Shown here: positions 11,668 to 20,833 of the stretch, in pieces | Numbering within the stretch: position 1 is the stretch's first letter | Layout of the letters: each line of letters starts with the position of its first letter | Origin: an uncultured Acidobacteriota bacterium | Lineage (GTDB): Bacteria > Acidobacteriota > Thermoanaerobaculia > UBA5066 > DATFVB01 | Length of the DNA stretch: 64,000 nucleotides | NCBI GenBank assembly: GCA_963813155.1 | Contig: CAWEYG010000004.1 | Span: 72,918 to 136,917 of the forward strand | Direction of reading: 5' to 3' | Notes under the pieces: model-generated | Told to the model about the DNA's origin: nothing | What the model saw: the letters and a program-made list of their open reading frames with translations, nothing else | Databases searched by the model: none | Translations under genes and position numbers: made by a program

Positions 11668-12450
11668 ATGACGATGACGTTTCGCGCATTCGGTTTGACC
11701 GATATCGGCCGGAAGCGAAAGCACAACGAAGATTCCTTCGTGATCGACCTCGGCGAGGGACTGTTCGTCGTCGCGGACGGAATGGGCGGCCACGCCGCCG
11801 GCGAGGTCGCCGCCAAGATCGCCGTCGACACCATCGAAGAATTCATCAGCGACACGAGCCAGAAGTTCGAAAGCACGTGGCCTTTCCAGTACAACCACCA
11901 GTGGCGGTTCAACAGCAACCGTCTCGCGGTCGCCGTCGAGAAAGCCAACGAGAGGGTGATCTCCGCGGTCGCGAAGCAGCCCGCGCTGAAAGGCATGGGG
12001 ACGACCCTCGTCGGCGCCATCCTCAACGGCTCGGGCATGTCGCTCGCCCACGTCGGAGACAGCCGCGCCTACCGCTTCCGGGGCCGCGAGCTGCGCCGCC
12101 TGACCGACGACCATTCGTGGGTTCACGAGCAGATCGTGACGGGCATCCTCACCGAGGAGGAGGCGAAATCGCACCCCCTGAAGAACGTCGTGACCCGGGC
12201 TCTCGGCGGCGGTCCGACCGTCATGCCGGAGCTTCAGGAGCTCGACCTGCAGCCCGGCGACCAGTACCTCTTCTGTTCCGACGGTCTGACGACGATGCTT
12301 TCCGACGAGGAGGTCGGGCAGGTGCTCGTCGCCGAGGGCGATCCGGAAGCCTCCTGCCGGGAGTTGATCGAGAAAGCCAACGAAAAGGGCGGGCTCGACA
12401 ACATCACGGTGATCATCGTCGAGGTCCGCGAGAACTCGCAGCCCGCCTGA
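11668..12450 (+). CDS. PP2C-family Ser/Thr protein phosphatase (Stp1/IreP type)
   Basis: TDIGRKRKHNED, VADGMGGH, HVGDSRAY, CSDGL and GGLDNIT motifs. Confidence 0.95.
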   Translation: MTMTFRAFGLTDIGRKRKHNEDSFVIDLGEGLFVVADGMGGHAAGEVAAKIAVDTIEEFISDTSQKFESTWPFQYNHQWRFNSNRLAVAVEKANERVISAVAKQPALKGMGTTLVGAILNGSGMSLAHVGDSRAYRFRGRELRRLTDDHSWVHEQIVTGILTEEEAKSHPLKNVVTRALGGGPTVMPELQELDLQPGDQYLFCSDGLTTMLSDEEVGQVLVAEGDPEASCRELIEKANEKGGLDNITVIIVEVRENSQPA

Positions 12451-12561
12451 GTCTCCCGGCGGAATGAAACGCCGGAGCCCGGTGTTCCGTAAACGTAACA
12501 GCGCATTGGTCTCGACTGCGAGAAAGGCTATCGTCGCGCATGGTCCTGTAGATTCAGACAT

Positions 12562-14025
12562 TTGCCTGTCGCGGCAGTGCTGCTGATGACGGCGTTTGTG
12601 CCGCCGTCGTCTCTCCGGGCTTCTCCCTGGCAGCGGCGCGAGCTGCTGCGCTCTCCTCTGGCGATCAACCTGCACCATCCGGACCTGCGATTTCTCGACG
12701 ACGCGGGGCCGGGCGACCTCTCGCTGTGGGGAGGCAAGCTGCGCGTCCGCGCCCCCGGTGTCAGCGCGGAGACGGTCGCGTCGATCGCTCCGGCCATCGA
12801 GGCGAGACTCCGCGGCTCGCTCGATTCGTGGGACGTTCCGTTCTCGGCGAGCGACCCGATCCGCCTGCTGATCGTCGCCTCCGGCGAATCCCCCTTCTCG
12901 GAGGTTTTCAGCCTCGCCGGAGAAGGCGGCGCCGACCGCGAGCCGGTGATCGCGTTGAACGTCACGGGGCAGACGGACGTCGAGATCGCGGCCGAGGTGG
13001 TCCGCGACGTGGGGTCTTTCGTGCTTCGGCGCCTGGCTCCCGGCGCGGACGAGGCGCTCGTCTTCGCGGCCGCCCGCGCCGTGTCGATTTCCGGCGACCT
13101 TCTCGACTCGGATCGACAGGAGATCCGCGAGGCGGGATCTTCGCCGGTCAACAGCCTCGAGCGACGCGAAGGAGAGATCTTCGCCGCGGCCTGGATCGAC
13201 GAGATGGCGGCCGGGGCGGGGTCGAGCTTCGTTTCCTCCGTCTGGACCAGCCGCGTCGCCACGGGCGAGAGCACGCTGCTCGCGTTCGCCCGGGCCTACG
13301 CGGAAGCGACGCACCAGTCGCCGTGGGACGCGCTCCAGCGTTCACTGGAGCGAGATTACAGCCGGACGGAAGTTTTCGGCGATCTCTCCCGCCTCACCGA
13401 TCGCGATCGGGAGGCGGGCGTTCTCGACGCGTCCAGCCCGGCCCCGCTTTCCTGGAGGTTCTTCAGCGCCGACATCGACCCCGCCGCCGGAGCGTCGGCC
13501 GGCCTGAACGTCTCCTGGCCCGGCGACGCGGCGCGAGGGTTCGCCGTGCTCCACTACGAAGACTCCCTTCCGAGCGACGTCATTCGTTTCGCGCCCGGAG
13601 AGTCGAAGACGCTGCCCCTCTCGGGCGTCTCGAGGATCGACTGGATCGTCGCGGGAGGCGACCGCGCGGGTTCCGCGCTGGCGTCGCCGGTGCCGATTTC
13701 TCCCCTCGAGAATTTTCCGCTTTCCGGGCTTTCGGCCCGCGCCGTCGCCGAGCCCGGCCAGGGTGTCTCGCTCGAATGGAGCACGGCCCGCCAGCTCGAC
13801 GTCGGCGGATGGGCGATCTTTCGGGCGGAAGTGGACGAGTCCGGCAGGATCGCGAAGTCCGCTCCGCAGTGGCTTCCTTCTTCGAGCGGGCCGCAGCAGC
13901 ACTCGCTGTATTCGTTCGTCGATTCCACGGCCGTTCCCGGCCGTTACTATCGCTACGATGTCTGGGCCGTCACGGAAGACGGCGCCCTCTCCCGTTCGTT
14001 CCGGGAGACCGTTCAGGCGCGGTAA
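12562..14025 (+). CDS. Hypothetical, probably secreted protein with C-terminal Fn3-like beta domain
   Basis: 487-aa ORF; hydrophobic N-terminus; C-terminal LEWST...YSFVDSTAVPGRYYRYDVWAV. Confidence 0.55.
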   Translation: MPVAAVLLMTAFVPPSSLRASPWQRRELLRSPLAINLHHPDLRFLDDAGPGDLSLWGGKLRVRAPGVSAETVASIAPAIEARLRGSLDSWDVPFSASDPIRLLIVASGESPFSEVFSLAGEGGADREPVIALNVTGQTDVEIAAEVVRDVGSFVLRRLAPGADEALVFAAARAVSISGDLLDSDRQEIREAGSSPVNSLERREGEIFAAAWIDEMAAGAGSSFVSSVWTSRVATGESTLLAFARAYAEATHQSPWDALQRSLERDYSRTEVFGDLSRLTDRDREAGVLDASSPAPLSWRFFSADIDPAAGASAGLNVSWPGDAARGFAVLHYEDSLPSDVIRFAPGESKTLPLSGVSRIDWIVAGGDRAGSALASPVPISPLENFPLSGLSARAVAEPGQGVSLEWSTARQLDVGGWAIFRAEVDESGRIAKSAPQWLPSSSGPQQHSLYSFVDSTAVPGRYYRYDVWAVTEDGALSRSFRETVQAR

Positions 14026-14055
14026 TCCGGATCTCGCTTTCGACGGCGATCGCCG

Positions 14056-15336
14056 TCAGATCGCCTCGACGACGACCGCTCCGCCCTGTCCCCCTCCGAT
14101 GCACATCGTGGCGACGCCGAGCGCGACGTTTCGCCGCCGCATCTCCTTCAGGAGCGTCAGCACGAGCCGTGTGCCGCTCGACCCGACCGGGTGTCCGAGC
14201 GCGATCGCTCCGCCGTTGACGTTCGTCCGGTCGAAGTCGATCTCGCCGATCGGGCCGTCGAGCCCGTTCTTCTTCGCCCAGTCGGCAGAGCTCCACACTT
14301 TCGCGCACGCGAGCACCTGCGCGGCAAACGCCTCGTTGATTTCGAGCAGGCCGACGTCCTTCCACGCGACGCCGGCGCGCTTCAGGGCCAGCGGAGTCGC
14401 GACGACGGGCCCGAGGCCCATCCGAGCGGGGTCGGTGCCGGCGAAACCGAAGGACAGGATTCGGCCGATCGGCTTGAGCCCGAGGCCCCGGGCTGCTTCT
14501 TCGGACATCACGAGCGTGGCAGCTCCGCCGTCGGTGATCTGGGAGGAGTTCCCGGCGGTCACGGTTCCGAATTTCCGGTCGAAGTAGGGCTTCAGCTTCG
14601 CGAGCGCTTCCAGGGTCTGATTTTCGCGGATGCCGTTGTCCTGGACGGCGAGCCGGCCGTAGTCGGGCGGAATCGGGACGGGAACGATTTCCTCGGCGAG
14701 CTTCGAGCGGGCAGCGGCCGCGCGCTGATGCGATCGCAGGGCGAAGGCGTCCTGTTCCTCCCGCGTGATGTGGAATTCCTTCGCGAGGATTTCCGCGGTC
14801 TGTCCCATGTTGAGATCGCAGATCGGGTCGGTCAGGCCCAGCTCGAGTCCGACGACCGGCCGGAAATCGGACGGGCGAAACCGAAGGAGCGCGCCGAGCC
14901 GCGCGCCCGCGCTCTTCGCGCCGAACAGGGCGAAGAACTTCCGCTTCGCCGCCTCCGAAAAGAGCAAAGGGATCTGCGACATCGATTCGACTCCGCCCGC
15001 GGCGACCGCTTCGTTGAGTCCCGCCTGGATCCGCAGAAAACCGTCCGCGATCGACTCCGCGCCGGAGCCGCAATTCCTCCCGACGGTGAACGCGGCCACC
15101 GAGCGAGGAACCCCCGAGCGCAGCGCGATCACCCTTGCGATGTTCGCCGAATCCGCGGGAGTCGCGATGTTCCCGAAGATGACCTCGTCGAGGTGCGCGG
15201 GGTCGAATCCGGTCCGGGCGAAGAGCTCCACGAGCGCGGCCCGTCCCAGGTCCGCCGCCGAGAGGTCGCGAAGGTCGGTGTTCGCGCGGCAATACGGTGT
15301 TCGCACGCCGTCGACGAGAACGACGCTACGCGGCAT
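14056..15336 (-). CDS. Acetyl-CoA C-acyltransferase (thiolase)
   Basis: RNCGSG, EINEAFAAQ, GGAIALGHPVG and MCIGGGQG motifs. Confidence 0.96.
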   Translation of the reverse strand: MPRSVVLVDGVRTPYCRANTDLRDLSAADLGRAALVELFARTGFDPAHLDEVIFGNIATPADSANIARVIALRSGVPRSVAAFTVGRNCGSGAESIADGFLRIQAGLNEAVAAGGVESMSQIPLLFSEAAKRKFFALFGAKSAGARLGALLRFRPSDFRPVVGLELGLTDPICDLNMGQTAEILAKEFHITREEQDAFALRSHQRAAAARSKLAEEIVPVPIPPDYGRLAVQDNGIRENQTLEALAKLKPYFDRKFGTVTAGNSSQITDGGAATLVMSEEAARGLGLKPIGRILSFGFAGTDPARMGLGPVVATPLALKRAGVAWKDVGLLEINEAFAAQVLACAKVWSSADWAKKNGLDGPIGEIDFDRTNVNGGAIALGHPVGSSGTRLVLTLLKEMRRRNVALGVATMCIGGGQGGAVVVEAI

Positions 15337-17101
15337 GCGCCTTCTCTTCGTACATTCGGTCGATGAGGGTCTTGTATCTCTCGTCGATGACCTTGCGCTT
15401 GATTTTGAGCGTCGGCGTGATCTCGCCGGCTTCGATCGTCAGCTCGCGCGGGAGCAACGCGAACGCGCGGATCTGCTCGTGGTGGGCCTTGCCCGCGTTG
15501 TAACGGTCGATCTCGCTCTGGATTCCGGCGCGGAGCGAGGCGTCCCGATCGAGAGCGGCGGCATCGCCGGGCGCGGCGGAGGTCTTTCCGAAGTTCGGCA
15601 CGATCAGCGCGGAGAGGAACTTTCGCCGGTTTCCGATGACGATCGGGAGGGAAATCCAATCCGATTGCTTCAGGGCGTTTTCGATCGGCTGCGGGGCCGC
15701 TTTCTTGCCGCCGGAAAGCACGATCAACTCCTTCTTCCGGTCGGTGATCCGGAGAAAACCCTCCGAATCGAGCTCGCCGATGTCGCCGGTCGCGAACCAT
15801 CCGTCGGCGTCGATGACCTTCGCGGTTTCTTCCGGCTTGCCGTAGTAGCCTTTCATGATGTGCGGCCCGCGCGTGAGGATCTCCCCGTCCTCCGCGATCT
15901 TCACCTCGACGCCGGGGACAGGTTTCCCGACCGTCCCGAGCCTCCACCGCCCCGGGCCGTTGACCGCGATCACGGGAGACGTCTCGGTCAAACCGTATCC
16001 CTCGTAGATCGTGACGCCCGCGCCCCAGAAAAATTCCGCGAGCTCCTGCGAAAGGGGGGCTCCGCCCGAAATCGCGAACTGGAAATTCGGTCCGAGGCGC
16101 GCCCGGAGCTTCGAAAAGACGAGCCGGTCGGCGATGCGGATCCCGAGGGAGGTCGGATCGGTCTCGCCGCCTTCGAGGCGGCGAAGGCGTTCGCGGCCCT
16201 TCCCGGCAGCCCAGCCGAAGATCGCGCGCTTGAGCGGCGATTTCGCCGCCTTCTCCCGGACGGCCGCGTAGATCTTCTCGTAGACGCGCGGGACTGCCCC
16301 GAAGACGCCGGGCTTCACGATGGCGAGGGCGTCGCGGACCTTGTTGACGTCGTCGAGATAGGCGATGCGGCTTCCCTTGTACAGGTACGCGTAGTCGATC
16401 ATCCGCTCGAAGACGTGCGACAGGGGAAGGAAAGAGAGGGCGACCGTGTCGCTGGGAAACGGAACGACTTCGCAGCAGGCAAGCACGTTGGACGCGAAGT
16501 TTCCGTGCGTCAGCACGGCGCCCTTCGGTTCGCCAGTTGTGCCCGAGGTATAGATGATCGTCGCGGGGTCTCCGGCGCGGATCCGTTTTGCGCGCGTCTC
16601 GAAGACGGTCGAGCCCATCTCGAGATTTCCGCGCCCCCGGTCCACCGTGCGCAGCCAGCTGTCGTATCCCGCCTCGGCCGGAGGTTCGGGGTCGATGGAA
16701 AGGACGTGCTCCAGCGAGGGACACTTTTCCCGGATCGACACCAGTTTCTCGAGCTGTTCCGACGTCGAGACGACGGCGATGCGCGCGCCGGAATCGTTCA
16801 GGATCTGGACGATCGGCTCCGCCGGGAGCGTGGGGTAGATGGGAACGGTCAGAGCGCCGCCGCACACGATCGCGTAGTCGGTCATCGCCCACTCCGGCCG
16901 GTTTTCCGAGAGGATCGCGACCCGGTCTCCCGGCTGCATCCCGAGCGCGTTCAAGCCCAGGGAGAGGGCGCGGACCGTGAAGGAGAAGTCGCGCGACGCG
17001 ATCGGTTTCCACTTCTCGCCGTCGCGGGCGAAGAGAAGATCCGGCCGGTCGGACCGCGCGGCAATCTCGAAGATGTCGTACAGCGTTTCGATCTCGGGCA
17101 T
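15326..17101 (-). CDS. Long-chain fatty-acid--CoA ligase
   Basis: IIYTSGTTGEPKG, YEGYGLTET, WFATGDIG and ITDRKK motifs; GGAGG before ATG at 17101. Confidence 0.95.
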   Translation of the reverse strand: MPEIETLYDIFEIAARSDRPDLLFARDGEKWKPIASRDFSFTVRALSLGLNALGMQPGDRVAILSENRPEWAMTDYAIVCGGALTVPIYPTLPAEPIVQILNDSGARIAVVSTSEQLEKLVSIREKCPSLEHVLSIDPEPPAEAGYDSWLRTVDRGRGNLEMGSTVFETRAKRIRAGDPATIIYTSGTTGEPKGAVLTHGNFASNVLACCEVVPFPSDTVALSFLPLSHVFERMIDYAYLYKGSRIAYLDDVNKVRDALAIVKPGVFGAVPRVYEKIYAAVREKAAKSPLKRAIFGWAAGKGRERLRRLEGGETDPTSLGIRIADRLVFSKLRARLGPNFQFAISGGAPLSQELAEFFWGAGVTIYEGYGLTETSPVIAVNGPGRWRLGTVGKPVPGVEVKIAEDGEILTRGPHIMKGYYGKPEETAKVIDADGWFATGDIGELDSEGFLRITDRKKELIVLSGGKKAAPQPIENALKQSDWISLPIVIGNRRKFLSALIVPNFGKTSAAPGDAAALDRDASLRAGIQSEIDRYNAGKAHHEQIRAFALLPRELTIEAGEITPTLKIKRKVIDERYKTLIDRMYEEKAHAA

Positions 17102-17152
17102 CGCGCCTCCGGTTCGAACGATTGTAGCAGGGTGGGTTATTCTCTCGGACCG

Positions 17153-17694
17153 ATGGCGATCGCGCTTCTCCTCGTGACCGGCGCCGCGGCGGCCGGCTTC
17201 CTCGTGTCGTCGTATTTCGGCTTCGTGCTCGCAGCTCACGGGGCCCACGATCCGATGGTGAGGGCGCTCGTGACGCGCCACGTGCTGTATTCGATTCCGG
17301 CGGTGATGCTCTCTCTCTTCTCGCAGTCGATGGTGATCTTCTATTTCATCGGGACCGGCAGGCTCGTGAAGGACGAAGTGGAGAACTTCCCGGAGGCGAA
17401 GAAGCTGCCGGTGCTGCGAGCCCTCCGCCGATTCAAGGCCCGTACCTCGCCGCCCGCGACGTTTTCGATGCTCGCGGCGATCTTCGTCTTCGTCGTCGGG
17501 GGATGGGTGCACACGGCCCCGCCGGGAACGCGCGCCGTCGCGCACTGGACGCACCTGGGAGCGAGCGTGCTTGCGGTCGTCCTTCACCTCTGGGCCCTTT
17601 TCGCCGAGTACCCCGTGTTCGTCGAGAACAACGAACTGATGGCCGATCCGACGGCGTATGCAGCCGCGGGGGCAGGCGTCTCCCGTGGCCGTGA
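17153..17694 (+). CDS. Hypothetical membrane protein (3' end uncertain)
   Basis: MAIALLLVTG...SMVIFYFIGTGRLVK with several TM stretches; true stop probably obscured by an indel near 17690. Confidence 0.55.
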
Positions 17695-18086
17695 AAAAGG
17701 GCGTCGTCGTCGCGGCGGCGATTTCCGTGCCGTTCCTCGCGATCGCCGCCCGGGAGGCCTCGAAGCTCCTGGCGGGGCTCTCGGACCCCGCGAAGTCGAG
17801 CCCCGCGTCGATTCTCTGGATCTTCGCGATCTTCGTCGTCCTCGCGCTGCTCTGGGTTTCGGTGTACGCGATCTCGCGGCGCGCGCAGCCGGCGTCGGAC
17901 AGGCTTCCGTTCGCCGCGGCCGCCGCGATCGCGATGCGCGAGGCGAAGAAGCGCCCGCCGGCGGCAAAATGCCCGCGCTGCGGCCGCGCGCGGATCAGCG
18001 ACAGCGTTTCGAAATGCCTCTATTGCGGGGCGGAGTTCGGTGGGCCACCGACGCCGGTGACCGGGCACGAAGCTCCTCGGGCATGA
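17691..18086 (+). CDS. Hypothetical membrane protein with C-terminal zinc ribbon
   Basis: Two hydrophobic segments, then CPRCG...CLYCG. Confidence 0.5.
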   Translation: MKKGVVVAAAISVPFLAIAAREASKLLAGLSDPAKSSPASILWIFAIFVVLALLWVSVYAISRRAQPASDRLPFAAAAAIAMREAKKRPPAAKCPRCGRARISDSVSKCLYCGAEFGGPPTPVTGHEAPRA

Positions 18087-18097
18087 AGCGATAAAAC

Positions 18098-18131
18098 TTC
18101 CTTACTTGTGGTAAGGAATCTGTGGTAAGAT
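18098..18131 (+). promoter_or_regulatory. TA operon operator palindrome and extended -10
   Basis: Perfect IR TTCCTTAC-ttgtg-GTAAGGAA; TG-n-TAAGAT ends 7 nt before the ATG. Confidence 0.6.
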
Positions 18132-18138
18132 CGCGGCC

Positions 18139-18387
18139 ATGTCGAGCGCGAAGATGACGAGCAAAGGCCAGATCACTGTCCCCAAGAGGATCCGCGAAAC
18201 GCTGCGGCTCGAGCCCGGAGACAGGATCGAGTTCAGCGCGAGTGCTTCGGGCGAGGTCGTGGTGCGGGCGAAGACTCGCTCGATCACAGAGCTCTATGGC
18301 GCGCTGAGGCGCCCCGGCCGGCGGCCGGTGTCTCTCGCGGAAATGGAGCGGGCGATCCTCGCGGCGCACGGCAAATCGTCCACGTGA
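18139..18387 (+). CDS. AbrB/MazE/SpoVT-family antitoxin
   Basis: MTSKGQITVPKRIRETLRLEPGDRIEF. Confidence 0.93.
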   Translation: MSSAKMTSKGQITVPKRIRETLRLEPGDRIEFSASASGEVVVRAKTRSITELYGALRRPGRRPVSLAEMERAILAAHGKSST

Positions 18388-18810
18388 TTGGTCTCGACAC
18401 GAATGTCGCTGATCCGGCTGCTCGTCGAGGATGACGCGCGCCAGGCGAGGGCCGCGAAAGAACTGATCTCGAGCGCAGTGGCCCGCGGAGAACTACTGCG
18501 AGTCGATCCGGTCGTGCTGTGCGAGGTCGTGTGGGTTCTTCGGAGCGCGTATCGCGTGCCGAAAGCTCGGATCGCCGACGTTCTGGAAGGGTTGCTTTCG
18601 GCCGGCGAGCTCGAGATCGGAGACGCGGACCCGGTGCGCGACGCGCTCGAGGACTTTCGAGTGGGGAAGGGCGACTTCGCCGACTACGTCATCGCTCGCC
18701 GCAACCAGGCTGCGGGCTGCGGGGTCACGGCAACCTTCGACCGCTCGCATTCCGGCGATTCGTCTTTTCGCGTGATCTCGCCGGGTCACCGAAAGCGCGG
18801 TGGAGGCTGA
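18384..18810 (+). CDS. vapC: VapC/PIN-domain toxin (one extra base near 18408)
   Basis: GTG ATT GGT CTC GAC ACG AAT GTC gives MIGLDTNV; continues LIRLLVEDD, VLCEVVWVL, DFADY, TFD after a frameshift. Confidence 0.88.
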
Positions 18811-18872
18811 GGTCGTTGCGGGCCTGGCGCGACGTCCCCGTGATCCGCGCCCGAAGCCCTCGGGCGTTTCGC

Positions 18873-19192
18873 TTACGTCCGGAGCGGCTGGAACCCGGTG
18901 ATCGAGACCTTGTCCGCTACGCGGTCCTTGCCGTCGAGGTGGTACGTCACCGTAACTTCGTCTCCCACCTTCAGGTCTGACCAGGTCGCCTTTTTCTCGC
19001 CAATCAGGTAGGTCGTCTCAGCGGAGGTCTTGTAGCTCGATTCCTTGGTCTTCCATTTCAACGTGAAGGTCTTGGACGCATCGTTGACCGCGCTCACTTT
19101 ACCGCCCTGCGGGGGCTCGAACGCTGCAACGACCCGCTGACCGCGAACAGGCAGAGGCAGACGAGAAGTCCCCAGGTCATGATCTTTCGCAT
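18873..19192 (-). CDS. Small secreted OB-fold-like protein (DUF5666-like), frameshifted
   Basis: GAGGAGG RBS and MRKIMTWGLLVCLCLFAV signal; second frame GKVSAVN...WSDLKVGDEVTVTY. Confidence 0.55.
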
Positions 19193-19559
19193 ACGAGCCT
19201 CCTCTCTGAAAATCATCATCGCCAGTATACCCGCCGGGTGCGCGGTCACGGTCGAGGTGGTACTCGGACGACCCGCCGCGCAAAGTCTCGGTCAGGTACT
19301 CAAGCGTTGAAGGCGTTCGGTATGAGCTGACGCTGTCCGTCGTCAAGTCCGAACACGACCACCGGCCGTATTTGCTCATCCAGGATTGGCAGACCAGGGA
19401 GCTTGGAGGGCAACTCAGACGTCTCTCGCGCGCGGTGACGGCGCGGTGACCGACTACCTGACCTCCTCGCGTGCGCGCCGGTTTCCGTTTGACCGTAGTT
19501 TGACCCGGACACACGTCAAACTGGGGTCAACGGGGGCCGTGTTCACACGGTGCACGCAG

Positions 19560-19593
19560 AAGAAAAGAGGCGGGCCGTTAGTTTCGGCCCGCC
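19560..19593 (-). terminator. Rho-independent terminator downstream of tRNA
   Basis: GGCGGGCCG/CGGCCCGCC stem followed by TCTTTTCTT on the minus strand. Confidence 0.6.
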
Positions 19594-19622
19594 GATATTG
19601 GCGTAAAACCCTTGTCTTGAGG

Positions 19623-19699
19623 TGGTGGCGGCGGGGGGAATCGAACCTCCGACATGGCGCTTATGAGACGCCCGCTCTAACCATCTGAGCTACGCCGCC
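19623..19699 (-). tRNA. tRNA-Met (CAT), elongator type
   Basis: GGCGGCGTAGCTCAGATGGTTAGAGCG-GGCGT CT CAT AA GCGCC-ATGTC GGAGG TTCGATT CCCCC CGCCGCC ACCA; full cloverleaf with encoded CCA; Ile2 not fully excluded. Confidence 0.95.
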
Positions 19700-19778
19700 C
19701 GGAGCGCCTTTTATCACAGGCACGGACCATCCTCTCCCGCGACGCGCTGCCGGCCTCATACCCCAGCGACGTGCTTGC

Positions 19779-20105
19779 TCAGTACGCCTCGGGCCCGTTG
19801 GGCTCGGGCGCTCGTCGCGCCGTCCGCGCAGTTGAAGTCAGTGAAGTGCTGGCGGCCGCGCGCCGGCGGACGAGGACGATGTTTCGGATGTAGACGAAGA
19901 AGCCGAATGCCTGCCCCGAGATGAAGACGGGATCTCTCCGCTCGATCGAGTAGGCGAGAAGGAGCGCGGCCCCCGCGAGAGAGAAATACCAGAAGACCAT
20001 CGGTATGTGGCTTTCGCCTTTCCGTTCGGAGGAGATCCACTGGACGAAGAAGCGTAGGAAAAATGCGATCTGGCCGGCGAACCCCACGACAATCCACGCG
20101 CTCAT
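19779..20105 (-). CDS. Lipid-A-disaccharide synthase N-terminal (LAB_N) domain protein
   Basis: GFAGQIAFFLRFFVQWISSERKGESHIPMVFWYFSL...RDPVFISGQ. Confidence 0.9.
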   Translation of the reverse strand: MSAWIVVGFAGQIAFFLRFFVQWISSERKGESHIPMVFWYFSLAGAALLLAYSIERRDPVFISGQAFGFFVYIRNIVLVRRRAAASTSLTSTARTARRAPEPNGPEAY

Positions 20106-20833
20106 AGTTCCTCCCACTCGGAATGGACACGCCGCCGCAAGAGCCATCTCAAGCCCGCCAGGTCCGCGGCGGGCGAGAGGAGGCGATTGAAGAGCCCGTA
20201 CTTCGCGCGCCCGTGGATGCGGGGGCGGTGGCGAATCGGAACTTCCTCGACGCGCCCGCCTTCCCGTCGAACGAGCGCCGCGATGAATCGATGCATTCCG
20301 TTGAAGCGAACGATCCGCCGGGCCATTTCCGCCCGGATCGCCCAGAGGCACGTCCCGCCGTCGTGCGCGCCATCCCGCAGAACCGTGCGCCTCACGGCGT
20401 TGGCAAGGCGTGAGCTGAGCCGCCTCACGAGAGGGTCGTTTCGCGCGGTTCGAACGCCGAGTGCCGCATCGGCCCTCGCCAGAGCCGCCAAAAGAAGCTT
20501 GATGTCCGCGGGGTCGCTCTGGAGGTCTGCGTCCATCACGACGATTCGATCTCCCCGTGCCGCATCGATGCCGGTGACGGCGGCGGCGGACTTTCCCTCG
20601 CGTCTCTCCCGGCGGAGCACTCGAAGCGCAACACCGGGCCTGCGGGTACGCCAGGCGAGAGCGCGGCGCGCGGTTGCGTCCGTCGAACCGTCGTCGACCA
20701 GGAGGATTTCGGCACTGGTCCCGCCCGCGCTCAATTCAGCGGTGAGCTCATCGAGGAGCGGCTCGAGGTTATCCTCCTCGTCGTAGGCCGGAAGCACGAT
20801 CGAGACCTCGGGAGCCCGGAGGTCGGTGTTCAC
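20102..20833 (-). CDS. GT2 polyprenol-phosphate glycosyltransferase (ArnC/DPM-like)
   Basis: SIVLPAYDE, VDDGSTD, MDADLQSDP, GMHRF and HRPRIHG motifs. Confidence 0.92.
   Translation of the reverse strand: MNTDLRAPEVSIVLPAYDEEDNLEPLLDELTAELSAGGTSAEILLVDDGSTDATARRALAWRTRRPGVALRVLRRERREGKSAAAVTGIDAARGDRIVVMDADLQSDPADIKLLLAALARADAALGVRTARNDPLVRRLSSRLANAVRRTVLRDGAHDGGTCLWAIRAEMARRIVRFNGMHRFIAALVRREGGRVEEVPIRHRPRIHGRAKYGLFNRLLSPAADLAGLRWLLRRRVHSEWEEL

Noticed and set aside
14765-18094. 1109-aa plus-strand ORF and other long Arg/Pro-rich ORFs (e.g. 22587-25352, 39076-42240)
   Set aside because: High-GC shadow frames overlapping well-supported genes; only their 3' portions are real genes.
19200-19620. 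Integrase or prophage at tRNA-Met
   Set aside because: No recombinase motifs, phage genes or matching att repeat in the window.
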